A stretch of DNA of 64,000 nt from Isoptericola halotolerans. GTDB taxonomy: Bacteria; Actinomycetota; Actinomycetes; Actinomycetales; Cellulomonadaceae. Shown here in pieces: positions 19,871 through 32,495 of the stretch. The stretch is taken from positions 806,001 through 870,000 of the forward strand of contig NZ_JABEZU010000002.1 in assembly GCF_013149785.1 (NCBI RefSeq), written 5' to 3'. Positions within the stretch are counted from its first letter, which is position 1. Each line of letters begins with the position of its first letter. The notes beneath the pieces were generated by a model, which was given only the letters and a program-made list of their open reading frames with translations, made no database searches and had not been told where the DNA came from. A program made the translations under genes and the position numbers.

Positions 19871-21318
19871 GCACCATCAGCACGACCGGACAGTTCCCGC
19901 CAGGATTCCTGTGGGGCACCGCCACCGCGGCCTACCAGATCGAGGGGGCGGCCGCCGAGGGTGGCCGCGGGCCGTCGATCTGGGACACGCTGTGCCGCGT
20001 GCCCGGCGCCGTCCAGGGTGGGGACACGGGCGACGTCGCCTGCGACCACTACCACCGCTGGGCGGAGGACGTGGACCACCTCGACCGGCTCGGGGTGAGC
20101 GCCTACCGGCTGTCGATCTCCTGGTCGCGCGTGCAGCCCGGTGGACGCGGCCCGCTCAACCGTGAGGGGGTGGAGTTCTACCGCAACCTCCTCGACGCGC
20201 TGCGCGAGCGGGGCATCACCCCGTACGTGACGCTCTACCACTGGGACCTGCCCCAGGAGCTGGAGGACGCCGGCGGCTGGGCCGTGCGGGAGACCGCCGA
20301 GGCGTTCGCCGACTACGCCCGCGCCATGGCCCGTGAGCTCGGCGACCGCGTGGCGCTGTGGACCACCCTCAACGAGCCCTGGTGCTCCGCCTACCTCGGG
20401 TACGCCTCGGGCGTCCACGCACCGGGCCGCACCGAACCGGCCGCGGCGCTCGCGGCGGTGCACCACCTCAACCTCGCCCACGGCCTGGCCGTGCGCGCGA
20501 TCCGCGAGGAGATCCCGGGTGCGGCCTGCTCGATCACCCTGAACCTGCACGTGTTCCGGGCGGCGTCGGGCTCGGCGGCGGACGCGGACGCGGTGCGCCA
20601 GGTCGACGGTCTGGCGAACCGGGTGTTCCTGGGGCCGTTGCTCGAGGGCGCCTACCCGGCCGACGTCCAGGCCGACACCGCGGGCGTCTCGGACTGGTCG
20701 TTCGTGCTGGACGGCGACCTCGAGCTCGTGCGCCAACCGCTCGACGTGCTGGGGGTCAACTACTACTCGTCCACGCGGGTGCGCCGCTTCGTCGGCGACG
20801 GCGAGCCGGTGCGCGCCGACGGGCACAAGACGACGGCGGTCTCGCCGTGGGTGGCCGCCGACGACGTCGAGTTCCTCCCGCAGCCCGGCCCGCGCACGGC
20901 GATGGGGTGGAACGTCGAGCCCGCCGGGCTCACCGAGCTCCTGCTCGGCCTGCACGAGACGTACCCCGACCAGGCGCTGGCGGTCACCGAGAACGGTGCG
21001 GCGTTCGACGACGAGGTCGTCGAGGACCCGGCGCTGGGCATCGACCGGGTCCACGACGTGGCACGGGTCGCCTACCTGCGCGACCACGTCGCCGCCGTCG
21101 CTGCGGCGATCGACGCGGGCGCGGACGTGCGCGGCTACTTCGCGTGGTCGCTCATGGACAACTTCGAGTGGGCCTACGGCTTCTCCAAGCGGTTCGGCCT
21201 GCTGCGCGTCGACTACCCCACCGGCGAGCGGACGTGGAAGGACTCGGCGTACTGGTACGCCCGGCTGGCACGCAGCGGGCGTCTCCCGGCCGTGTTCGAG
21301 GCCGGCCCCACCGACTGA
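19867..21318 (+). CDS. GH1 beta-glucosidase
   Basis: [37 protein letters not shown] overlap with yicI. Confidence 0.95.
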   Translation: MSTISTTGQFPPGFLWGTATAAYQIEGAAAEGGRGPSIWDTLCRVPGAVQGGDTGDVACDHYHRWAEDVDHLDRLGVSAYRLSISWSRVQPGGRGPLNREGVEFYRNLLDALRERGITPYVTLYHWDLPQELEDAGGWAVRETAEAFADYARAMARELGDRVALWTTLNEPWCSAYLGYASGVHAPGRTEPAAALAAVHHLNLAHGLAVRAIREEIPGAACSITLNLHVFRAASGSAADADAVRQVDGLANRVFLGPLLEGAYPADVQADTAGVSDWSFVLDGDLELVRQPLDVLGVNYYSSTRVRRFVGDGEPVRADGHKTTAVSPWVAADDVEFLPQPGPRTAMGWNVEPAGLTELLLGLHETYPDQALAVTENGAAFDDEVVEDPALGIDRVHDVARVAYLRDHVAAVAAAIDAGADVRGYFAWSLMDNFEWAYGFSKRFGLLRVDYPTGERTWKDSAYWYARLARSGRLPAVFEAGPTD

Positions 21319-21338
21319 CGACACGCCGGCCGACGACG

Positions 21339-21367
21339 CGCCCGGGTGTGCTCGACACGCCCGGGCG
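21339..21367 (+). terminator. Stem-loop after the GH1 gene
   Basis: CGCCCGGGTGTG-ctcga-CACGCCCGGGCG, 20 bp after the stop. Confidence 0.55.
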
Positions 21368-21667
21368 TCGTGGTGTGAGGAAGATCTGAGGCTCGGCGCT
21401 GCCAGGCGACCCGTAGCCGACCCGCAGACGACGCCCGTCGTCGTGCACAGGGTGTGGACCGCCGTCGTCCACGAGCTGTGGACGACGGCGGGCGAGCCGC
21501 ACCAGCGCGCCCTCCGTGCGGCCTGCGAACGGTGGACCACGGGGTGGACGACGAGGGTGTGTCAGGGGCTCGTGCGACGATGCTCGCAGGTCTTCCCGAG
21601 GGCTCCTCCGAGGGCTCGCAGGGGCCATTCCGGGCGAATCACACCGGTGTAACCACAACAGTGTCGA

Positions 21668-21714
21668 CCACTACATGTCGTGGGCGAGCGTCCGGCAAAC
21701 ACTAGGTGTAGTGT
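21668..21714. promoter_or_regulatory. Tandem NrdR boxes
   Basis: CCACTACATGTCGTGG (21668-21683) and ACACTAGGTGTAGTGT (21699-21714), 31 bp apart, resembling acaCwAtATaTwGtg, upstream of nrdH. Confidence 0.85.
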
Positions 21715-21903
21715 TTGAGGCACGCGGAAGCCACCGGCAGCCGCGGCAACAACATCGGCGTAGTTCCACTGGTGTCGTCACTGGTCACAGGCTCTCGGCA
21801 AGGGTGCCGACGGCCGACAGCGGCGGGCCGGGGACAGTCGCCAGGAACCACCAGACATGACACGGGACGACCGCCGATCGGGCGGCGAGACAGGGAGTGC
21901 GAC

Positions 21904-22146
21904 ATGAGCGTCACGGTCTACAGCAAGCCGGCCTGCGTGCAGTGCGATGCGACCTACCGCGCCCTCGACCGCAAGGGCGTGGAGTACACGGTCGTGGACA
22001 TCACCGAGGACGCCGAGGCGCTCGAGATGGTTCGCGGGCTCGGGTACCTGCAGGCCCCCGTCGTCGTCGCCGGCGACACGCACTGGTCGGGCTTCCGCCC
22101 CGACCGCATCAGCGCCGTCGCCGCGCAGCAGGCCGTCTCGGCCTGA
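21904..22146 (+). CDS. nrdH: Glutaredoxin-like NrdH-redoxin
   Basis: [26 protein letters not shown]. Confidence 0.97.
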   Translation: MSVTVYSKPACVQCDATYRALDRKGVEYTVVDITEDAEALEMVRGLGYLQAPVVVAGDTHWSGFRPDRISAVAAQQAVSA

Positions 22147-22624
22147 TACTGCTCCGGCCCGGTCGCGGGTGCACCTCCGCGACCGGTTCGGCACGGCAGC
22201 ACGTCCTTCGGGGGGAGGGTGACATGGGGTCGCTCGTCTACTTCTCCAGCGTGTCGGAGAACACGCACCGGTTCGTCCAGAGGCTCGGGCTCGAGGAGCT
22301 CGGGATGTCGGTCCACCGCATCCCGGTGCGCCCGGCCGACGGATTCCTGACGGTCGACGAACCGTACGTCCTCATGGTCCCCACCTACGGCGGGGGCAAC
22401 GAGGGCGGTTCGGTGCCCCGCCAGGTCCGCCGGTTCCTCGGCGACACCCACAACCGGTCGTTGATCCGCGGCGTCATCGCTGCGGGCAACACCAACTTCG
22501 GCGCTGCCTACTGCATCGCCGGTGACATCATCTCGGCGAAGTGCCAGGTGCCGTACCTGTATGCCTTCGAGCTGCTCGGGACGGCCGAGGACGCCCAGCG
22601 CGTCCGTGACGGATTGGGACGATT

Positions 22625-25872
<3,248 letters not shown>

Positions 25873-25909
25873 CCTCGTGTCGGACACCCGTCGCCCGTCG
25901 CGGCTGATC

Positions 25910-25951
25910 AGAGGCCCGGAACCGCAGATCCCTGCGGTTCCGGGCCTCTTT
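25910..25951 (+). terminator. Intrinsic terminator of the nrd operon
   Basis: 18-bp perfect stem AGAGGCCCGGAACCGCAG / CTGCGGTTCCGGGCCTCT with a short T tail. Confidence 0.8.
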
Positions 25952-26140
25952 GCGTGCCGACTCTCCCTGGACACAGGAGGTCGGAGACGGACGGGAGCAC
26001 CCGTTCGGTCGTGCCATCGCGCGTCAGGCGTGATGAACCGGGCTCGTCGCTGCAGAACCGCTCACCGCCCGTCGAGCACCGCTCCTCGAGCAGGGCTCAG
26101 ACGCCCCCCGTTCTGACCTCCGGAGCGAAGGGGTACCTCC

Positions 26141-26536
26141 TCAAGCGACGCAGAACTCGTTGCCCTCGGGGTCGAGCATGACGACGTGACCGAGAACTGA
26201 ACCGCGTTCGTCGGCGTACTCCTCCTCGCGCACGGTGGTCGCCCCCGCGGCCTCGAGCTCGGCGACCTTCGCGCGGATCAGGTCGGCCCGCTGGAGCCAG
26301 TCCCACGGTGGTTCGCCGGCAACCCGGATGTCGATGTGGAAGCGGTTCTTGGACGTCTTCGGCTCCGGGACTCGCAAGAAGCCGATCGCCGGGCCGGCTC
26401 CGTCCGGGTCGACCAACGAGGCGCCGTCGGCGTCGTCATAGCCCGGCTCTGGGACGTACCCCAGCGCCAGCGCCCAGAACTCAGCAAGCCGCAGCGGGTC
26501 GCCGGCATCCGCCCCGATGCTCCAGTGCACAGCCAT
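26141..26536 (-). CDS. VOC/glyoxalase-like domain protein
   Basis: LAEFWALALGY, VPEPKTSKNRFHID, MLDPEGNEFCV; TATGAT 6 nt before ATG 26536. The longer track ORF is a shadow extension. Confidence 0.88.
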   Translation of the reverse strand: MAVHWSIGADAGDPLRLAEFWALALGYVPEPGYDDADGASLVDPDGAGPAIGFLRVPEPKTSKNRFHIDIRVAGEPPWDWLQRADLIRAKVAELEAAGATTVREEEYADERGSVLGHVVMLDPEGNEFCVA

Positions 26537-26846
26537 CACCCGATCATAGAGCGGGCCGCCCTGAACCGCTGCTGACTCACCTGCACCCGACGCCGGCCGC
26601 GGGCCGCCCGCAGGAGCCGAAGGGCCTTGATGCCTCTCCCGGGTCTGTGCTCGACCGCCGGACTGCGTCGGGCGGACGACGGACCTCTTCCCGACCCGGC
26701 TTGACCCTGTGCCAGCCACATGGTCTTCACTCGGCGTGCCGGTGTCCACGCGGGCATCCGTGCGCGAGGACCGGGTCGGCATCGACGTCACGACGTCGAC
26801 CGTGGTGAACCTGGCGCAGTCGTACACATCGACGGAGGGGTTCATC

Positions 26847-27620
26847 ATGACCACGCAGAGACAGCGAGCAGCCATCGTCACCGGCGCGGGAAGCGCACAG
26901 GGGATCGGGTTCGCGGCAGCCCGTCTTCTCGGGGCCGACGGCACCCGGGTGGTGATCACGTCGACGACGGATCGCATCTTCGAGCGGGTCGCAGAGCTGC
27001 GCGCCGCCGGTGTCCGAGCCGAAGGGGTGGTGGCCGACCTCACCGACCAGGCGGGTGTCGACGCCGTCGTCGCGTGCGCGACGGACTCGTTCGGTGGCGT
27101 GGACATCCTCGTCAACAACGCCGGGATGACCTCCGTGTCCGACTCGTACGCGTCGGGCACCGCCGGTGCACTCTCCCGCAACCACTGGCAGGCCTCGATC
27201 GACCGGAACCTGACCACGACGTTCCTCATGACCCGTGCGGTGACGGGCCGCATGCAGGCTGCCGGCTACGGCCGCATCGTCAACGTGTCCTCGGTGTCGG
27301 GGCCCGTCGCCGCCTACGGTGGCGACGTCGCCTACCACGCGGCGAAGGCCGGCATCGTCGGGCTGACGCGCGCGATGGCGATCGACACCGCCGCAGCAGG
27401 CGTCACGGTGAACGCCGTCGCCCCGGGATGGATCGACACGGCGTCCGCCTCCGAGCACGAGCGGGTGATGGGCGCGGCAACACCTGTCGGTCGGTCCGGC
27501 ACCGCGGACGAGGTGGCCTACGCGATCGCGTTCCTCGCCGGTGAGGGCGCGTCGTACATCACGGGACAGCTCATCACGGTCGACGGGGCGAACACCATCA
27601 TGGAAGAGCGAGGGCGTTAG
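26847..27620 (+). CDS. Short-chain dehydrogenase/reductase (FabG-like SDR)
   Basis: TGAGSAQGIG, NNAG, catalytic YHAAK, NAVAPGWIDT; RBS GGAGG. Confidence 0.93.
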   Translation: MTTQRQRAAIVTGAGSAQGIGFAAARLLGADGTRVVITSTTDRIFERVAELRAAGVRAEGVVADLTDQAGVDAVVACATDSFGGVDILVNNAGMTSVSDSYASGTAGALSRNHWQASIDRNLTTTFLMTRAVTGRMQAAGYGRIVNVSSVSGPVAAYGGDVAYHAAKAGIVGLTRAMAIDTAAAGVTVNAVAPGWIDTASASEHERVMGAATPVGRSGTADEVAYAIAFLAGEGASYITGQLITVDGANTIMEERGR

Positions 27621-27662
27621 ACCCCCGGCGGAGCTGCTCGCGTCGACGAGGTCGCGGCACGG

Positions 27663-27696
27663 GAACGGCGGGCCCTCGTGAGAGGGCCCGCCGTTC
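27663..27696. terminator. Hairpin between convergent SDR and FKBP genes
   Basis: 15-bp perfect stem GAACGGCGGGCCCTC / GAGGGCCCGCCGTTC with a GTGA loop. Confidence 0.7.
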
Positions 27697-27724
27697 GTCG
27701 TGGTGCGTGCTCGGTCGAGAGTGC

Positions 27725-28702
27725 TCAGCCGGCGTCGAGGATGTCGACGACGAAGATCAGGTCCTCGCCGGCGAGCTCGTGGGAGCCGTCGGCCTCCGCC
27801 CCGTAGGCCTGCTCGGCCGGGACGACGAGGAGCACCTGGCTGCCCACGGCCTGGCCGGCCAGGCCCTCGATCCACCCGGGGATCATCTGGGCCAGGGGCC
27901 GGGAGAACGGGTCGCCACGCTCCCAGGACGAGTCGAAGACCTCGCCGTCGAGCGTCCAGCCGGTGTAGTGCGCGGTGATGGTCTGCTCGGCGTCCATCTC
28001 CTCGCCCTCGCCCTGGATCAGGGTCTGCACCACGAGCTCGTCCGAGCCCTCGTAGCCGTCCGGGATCTCGACCGACGGCGCACCCTGGTCGTCGAGCGTC
28101 ACGGTCGGCAGGCCGTCGGCGGGCTCGACGGCCTCGCCCTCGGCGCGCGCCGGGATCTCGACGGCCTCGGTGATCTCCACGAGGTTGACGACCGTCGACG
28201 GCTCGTTCTGCGCGTCGTAGGTCGGGTTCGCGATGAGGAACCGTGTCCCCACGGACTGGCCCACCAGGGGCGCGGTGAGCAGCTCGTAGGTCGGGTCGCC
28301 GAGCAGGAAGCTCTCGGGGTAGTCCTGCTCCCAGGTGGAGCCGATGCGCTCCCCGGCGGCGTCGTAGGCGACGTAGTGCATCGTGACCTTCATGCCCTCG
28401 GTCAGCTCGTCGCCGTCTCCGGAGTCGACCACGACGGTGGTCGGCACGGACACCTCGAGCGCGTCGAACGCGAGCTCGGGCTCGTCGCCCACCTCGCCGG
28501 TGACCTCGATCGCCTCGACCGCCGCGATGTCGGCCTCGGTGGGCTCGGCCTGCCCCGGGGCGGCGGCGGACTCCGAGGCCTCGGCGGAGGCTTCGGCGGA
28601 CGGGGAGTTCTCCTCGGGCGCGCCGCTGTCGTCGGCGCAGCCCGCCAGCACGAGCGAGGCGGTCAGCGCGACGCCTGCGGCGGCGGGGATACGGAGCTTC
28701 AC
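27725..28702 (-). CDS. FKBP-type peptidyl-prolyl isomerase lipoprotein (tandem FKBP domains)
   Basis: Lipobox LAGC; HYTGWTLDGEVFDSSW, IPGWIEGL, PAEQAYG, LIFVVDIL; N-terminal copy is degenerate. Confidence 0.92.
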   Translation of the reverse strand: MKLRIPAAAGVALTASLVLAGCADDSGAPEENSPSAEASAEASESAAAPGQAEPTEADIAAVEAIEVTGEVGDEPELAFDALEVSVPTTVVVDSGDGDELTEGMKVTMHYVAYDAAGERIGSTWEQDYPESFLLGDPTYELLTAPLVGQSVGTRFLIANPTYDAQNEPSTVVNLVEITEAVEIPARAEGEAVEPADGLPTVTLDDQGAPSVEIPDGYEGSDELVVQTLIQGEGEEMDAEQTITAHYTGWTLDGEVFDSSWERGDPFSRPLAQMIPGWIEGLAGQAVGSQVLLVVPAEQAYGAEADGSHELAGEDLIFVVDILDAG

Positions 28703-28817
28703 GGGTTGCCCTTCGGTCGACGGTGGATCCGGCATACTCTAACGGCCGAACCTGGGCACCCTTTCCCCGGTTGCGGGTCGTGCGCGCACCGTGCCAGGAC
28801 GCGTGACAATGGACGGT

Positions 28818-29117
28818 ATGCCGTCGCGTCGACCGTCCCGGAAGCGTCCGTGGGGTGCGGAGCACCAGCCCCTCGACATGGACCGCGCCCTCGGCGGTGT
28901 CCGCCGGGTCAGCGCCGGCGACGGTGAGTGGACCGTCCGCCGGGTCCGGGGCAGCGACAAGGTCTACACCTGCCCCACCTGCCGCCAGCAGATCCCGCCG
29001 GGCACGCCGCACGTGGTCGCCTGGGCCGTGGACGCGCTCGGGGGAGAGGCTGCCGGGCTGGAGGCACGGCGGCACTGGCACTCGTCGTGCTGGGAACGGC
29101 GCGAGCGCCTGCGCTGA
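28818..29117 (+). CDS. Small conserved-type actinobacterial hypothetical protein, possible Zn-binding
   Basis: YTCPTCRQQI, HVVAW, RRHWHSSCW; GACAAT 7 nt before the ATG. Confidence 0.7.
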   Translation: MPSRRPSRKRPWGAEHQPLDMDRALGGVRRVSAGDGEWTVRRVRGSDKVYTCPTCRQQIPPGTPHVVAWAVDALGGEAAGLEARRHWHSSCWERRERLR

Positions 29118-29176
29118 CCTGCTGGGGCGCTCTCGTCCCGGCGAGCGTGAGCCGGCCGCCGAACTAGGCTGGGAGG

Positions 29177-29953
29177 GTGAACGACGACGCCACCGGACAC
29201 CAGATCCGCTCGATGACCGTCCTGCCCGCACGTCGTGAGGACGTCGAGCTGCACACCGCCGACGGGCTCACGCTCGTCGGCGAGCTGGCCCTGCCGGCCG
29301 AGAACGATCCGGCGGCCAGCCTGCTGACGCTCCACCCGCTGCCGACCCACGGCGGGTACATGGACTCGCACGTCTACCGCAAGGCGGCCTGGCGGCTCCC
29401 GGCGCTGGCCGACCTGGCGGTGCTCCGTTTCAACACGCGCGGGACGTCGTCCCCCCGGGGCACGTCCGAGGGCGAGTTCGACGGCGGGGAGGCGGAGCGG
29501 TTCGACGTCGCGGCCGCGCTGGAGCTCGCCGAGTTCCGCGGGCTGCCGCACCCGTGGTTGGTGGGCTGGTCCTTCGGGACGGAGCTGGTGCTCAAGCACG
29601 GTGCCGACCCCAGCATCGAGGGCGCGATCCTGCTCTCGCCACCGCTGCACCGCGCCACGGACGACGACCTGGACCGTTGGGCGGACTTCGGCAAGCCACT
29701 CGTCGTCCTGGTCCCCGAGCACGACGACTACCTGCAGCCCGCCGAGGCGCGCGAGCGGTTCGCCCGGGTGCCCCAGGCCGAGGTGATCGGGGTCGACGGC
29801 GCCAAGCACCTGTGGGTGGGGGAGCCGGCCGTGCGGCGGGTGCTCGACGAGATCGTGCAGCACGTGCGACCGGGGCACGCCCCGCTGCCCGTGCGGTACG
29901 ACGGCGAGGTGCAGCAGGCCTCGGACCTCGCCCCGGCCACGACGAGAGGATGA
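29177..29953 (+). CDS. Alpha/beta hydrolase
   Basis: HPLPTHGGYMD, RFNTRG, nucleophile elbow GWSFG, KHLW. Confidence 0.88.
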   Translation: MNDDATGHQIRSMTVLPARREDVELHTADGLTLVGELALPAENDPAASLLTLHPLPTHGGYMDSHVYRKAAWRLPALADLAVLRFNTRGTSSPRGTSEGEFDGGEAERFDVAAALELAEFRGLPHPWLVGWSFGTELVLKHGADPSIEGAILLSPPLHRATDDDLDRWADFGKPLVVLVPEHDDYLQPAEARERFARVPQAEVIGVDGAKHLWVGEPAVRRVLDEIVQHVRPGHAPLPVRYDGEVQQASDLAPATTRG

Positions 29954-30750
29954 GGACGATGACGAGCCCGACCTTGGCGACCTTCCAGCTGCGAGACGGT
30001 GCCGGTGTGCCGCTCGTGCTGTTGCACGGCTTCCCGCTCGACCATCGCATGTGGGCGGCGATGGTCGACGAGCTCCCGCCGGGGCCGCGGATCGTCGCCG
30101 TGGACCTGCCCGGCCACGGCCACAGCGACCTGGGCCACCTCCCGCCGAGCCTGGACGCCGCCGCCGACCTCGTGCACACGACGCTGCGCGGGCAGGGGGA
30201 GGGGCACGCCGTCGTGGTCGGGTTGTCCATGGGCGGCTACGTGGCGCTCGCGCTGGCCGAGCGGCACCCGGAGTTCGTCCGCGGGCTCGGGCTCGTCGAC
30301 ACGAAGTCGACGGCGGACGACGACGAGGTGCGCGAGGTGCGGCAGCAGGTCGCCGCCGCCGTCACGAGCTCGCAGAACCTCGACGCGGTGATCGGGATGG
30401 CGGCGAAGCTGCTCGGCCCCACGTCCGAGCGTGAGCGACGGGTCCACTACCCGGCCGTCTACGAGTGGATCCGGTCGCAGTCGGTGGCGGGCGTGGCCTG
30501 GGCGCAGCGGGCGATGGCCGCCCGGCCGGACCGGACCGCCGTGCTGCGGTCCTTCACCGGGCCGGTCGCCGTCGTCGTCGGCGACGAGGACCGCATCACC
30601 CCGGAGGAGGACGCCCAGCACATGGTCGACGCCGCCGTGGACGCGACGCTGACCGTCGTGCCGGGCGCAGCCCACCTGAGCGCGCTCGAGGAACCTGCCG
30701 TCGTGGCGAAGGCGCTGGTCGACCTGTACGGGCGCGTCCACCGGCCCTGA
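29950..30750 (+). CDS. Alpha/beta fold hydrolase
   Basis: LLHGFP, DLPGHG, GLSMGG, GDED, AHLS; ATGA overlap (alternative start 29959). Confidence 0.9.
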   Translation: MRTMTSPTLATFQLRDGAGVPLVLLHGFPLDHRMWAAMVDELPPGPRIVAVDLPGHGHSDLGHLPPSLDAAADLVHTTLRGQGEGHAVVVGLSMGGYVALALAERHPEFVRGLGLVDTKSTADDDEVREVRQQVAAAVTSSQNLDAVIGMAAKLLGPTSERERRVHYPAVYEWIRSQSVAGVAWAQRAMAARPDRTAVLRSFTGPVAVVVGDEDRITPEEDAQHMVDAAVDATLTVVPGAAHLSALEEPAVVAKALVDLYGRVHRP

Positions 30751-30808
30751 CCGGGCGCCGGCCCCGGGACACCCGACTACCGGGATCCCGGGACGGCGGC
30801 GGCCACGA

Positions 30809-32224
30809 TCAGGCGCGGCTGGGAGCCGTCTCGTCGGTGGGCGAGGTGCTCTCCTCGGCGGACTGGGCCGAGGCCGCCCGTGCCCGCTGACCGGGCGTCT
30901 GGTCGAGGGCGGCGACGGCCGGGCTCTCGCTGCTCTCCGTCGCCCGGTCGTCCGCGCTCTCCGAGGAGGGCGCCGCCACGGTCTGCACGGGCGTCTCGTC
31001 GGACGACTTCTCGGTGCCCAGCAGGCTGCGGAGCTCCTCGAGGTACGAGTTGATCGAGTCGTGCCGGCGGGTGAGGTCCTCGAGCTGGCGCTCGGACGTC
31101 GTGCGGCTCTGCTCCGCCTCGGCCTGCGCGTCGGAGACCGTCTGCTCGGCGAACGTCCGTGCCTCGGCCACGATCTTGTCGGCCGTGCGACGGGCGTCGG
31201 CGACGAGCTCCTTGACATAGGTGTCGGACTCGGTGCGGACCTGGTCGGCCTGCTGGAGCGCGATGGCGACCCGCTTCTCGGCCTCGGCGGCGTGCTCCTC
31301 GGCCGCGGCGACGAGCCGCTCCGTCTCGGCCCTGGCGACCTCGTGCCGTTCGAGCGCCTCGGTCTCGACGCGCTCGCGCGTCTGCGCCGCCTCGAGCTCC
31401 GCGTCGGACAGCGCACGGCGTGCCCGTTCGCGCAGGTCCTCGAGCTCCGTCGTCACGGCGTTGGCGGCCTCGGCGGCCTGGTGCTTGGCGTCCGCGACGA
31501 TGCGCGCGGCCTCGCTGCGGGTCCGCTCGAGCAGGTCGTTGGACTCGCGTTCCGCCTCCTCGCGCAGGGCTGCGGCCTCGGCCGCGGCCTCGGCGCGCAG
31601 CTGGGCGACCTCGCGGTCGGCGGTGACCCTCGCCTCGGTGACCTCCCGCTCGGTGGTCGAACGCAGGGTGCCGATCTCACGTTCGAGGCTGGCGCGACGC
31701 TCGCTCTCCTCCGTGGTGAGGGTGCTCATGATGAGCGCCGACTCCCGCTCGGCGGAACCGACCAGCTCCTCGGCACGGCGCTGCGCGCCCTGCAGCGTGC
31801 CCTCCGCCTCGGACGCCGTCGTCGACCGGATCTCCTCGGCCTCGCGGCGTGCGCTGGACAGCAGCTCGGACGCCTCGGTCTCCGCGCGCTGGCGCACCTG
31901 CCCGGCGGCCAGCTTCGCGCGGGCCATGACGTCCGACGCCTGCTGGTTGGCCTGCGTGAGGACCTCCGCGGCCTGCTCGTCGGCCGACCGCAGCAGCCGC
32001 TCCGCGCGGGCGCCGAGGCCGGCATAGGAGGGCTTGTCGTTCTCCCGGAGCTGGCGGTGCGCCTCCGCGAGCTCCGAGGAGAGCTGCATGGCGCGGGAGT
32101 CCGTGGCCTCGACGTTGCGTCGTGCCTCCTCCACGGCCTGCTCGAGTCGGGAGATCTGGTTCTCGACCGCAGCGCGGTCGTAACCACGCATGGTGATCGG
32201 GAAGAGCGTGCGCTCGTCGGACAC
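30809..32224 (-). CDS. DivIVA-domain coiled-coil protein (Scy/FilP-like)
   Basis: N-terminal FPITMRGYDRAAVE, YAGLGARAERLLRSADEQA, long Ala/Glu/Arg coiled coil. Confidence 0.82.
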   Translation of the reverse strand: MSDERTLFPITMRGYDRAAVENQISRLEQAVEEARRNVEATDSRAMQLSSELAEAHRQLRENDKPSYAGLGARAERLLRSADEQAAEVLTQANQQASDVMARAKLAAGQVRQRAETEASELLSSARREAEEIRSTTASEAEGTLQGAQRRAEELVGSAERESALIMSTLTTEESERRASLEREIGTLRSTTEREVTEARVTADREVAQLRAEAAAEAAALREEAERESNDLLERTRSEAARIVADAKHQAAEAANAVTTELEDLRERARRALSDAELEAAQTRERVETEALERHEVARAETERLVAAAEEHAAEAEKRVAIALQQADQVRTESDTYVKELVADARRTADKIVAEARTFAEQTVSDAQAEAEQSRTTSERQLEDLTRRHDSINSYLEELRSLLGTEKSSDETPVQTVAAPSSESADDRATESSESPAVAALDQTPGQRARAASAQSAEESTSPTDETAPSRA

Positions 32225-32495
32225 GTGTAGACCTCCGTCTGTCGTGGGTGTCCAGGCTCCGGCCTACGATAGTGGTCGCTGACGGCCTCCGACACCTGAA
32301 CCGTCCGTGAGATCCACCCGAAAGGGAAAGATCGACCGCTGCGGTGGTCGTGCCACCCGCAGTCGTGGGAGGCTCGGAGACGCTGGTACCGGACTCGTGA
32401 AGGGTTCGTGAACCGATCCGTCCGAGGAACCTTCCTGGTCCAGGGGGATCGCCACGCCTCCCTATCCTGAGGAGTCCACGTCGAAGGGAAGCTTG

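Noticed and set aside
32225..32495. tRNA or c-di-AMP riboswitch in this gap
   Set aside because: No cloverleaf or T-loop, and no conserved ydaO motifs recognisable by eye.
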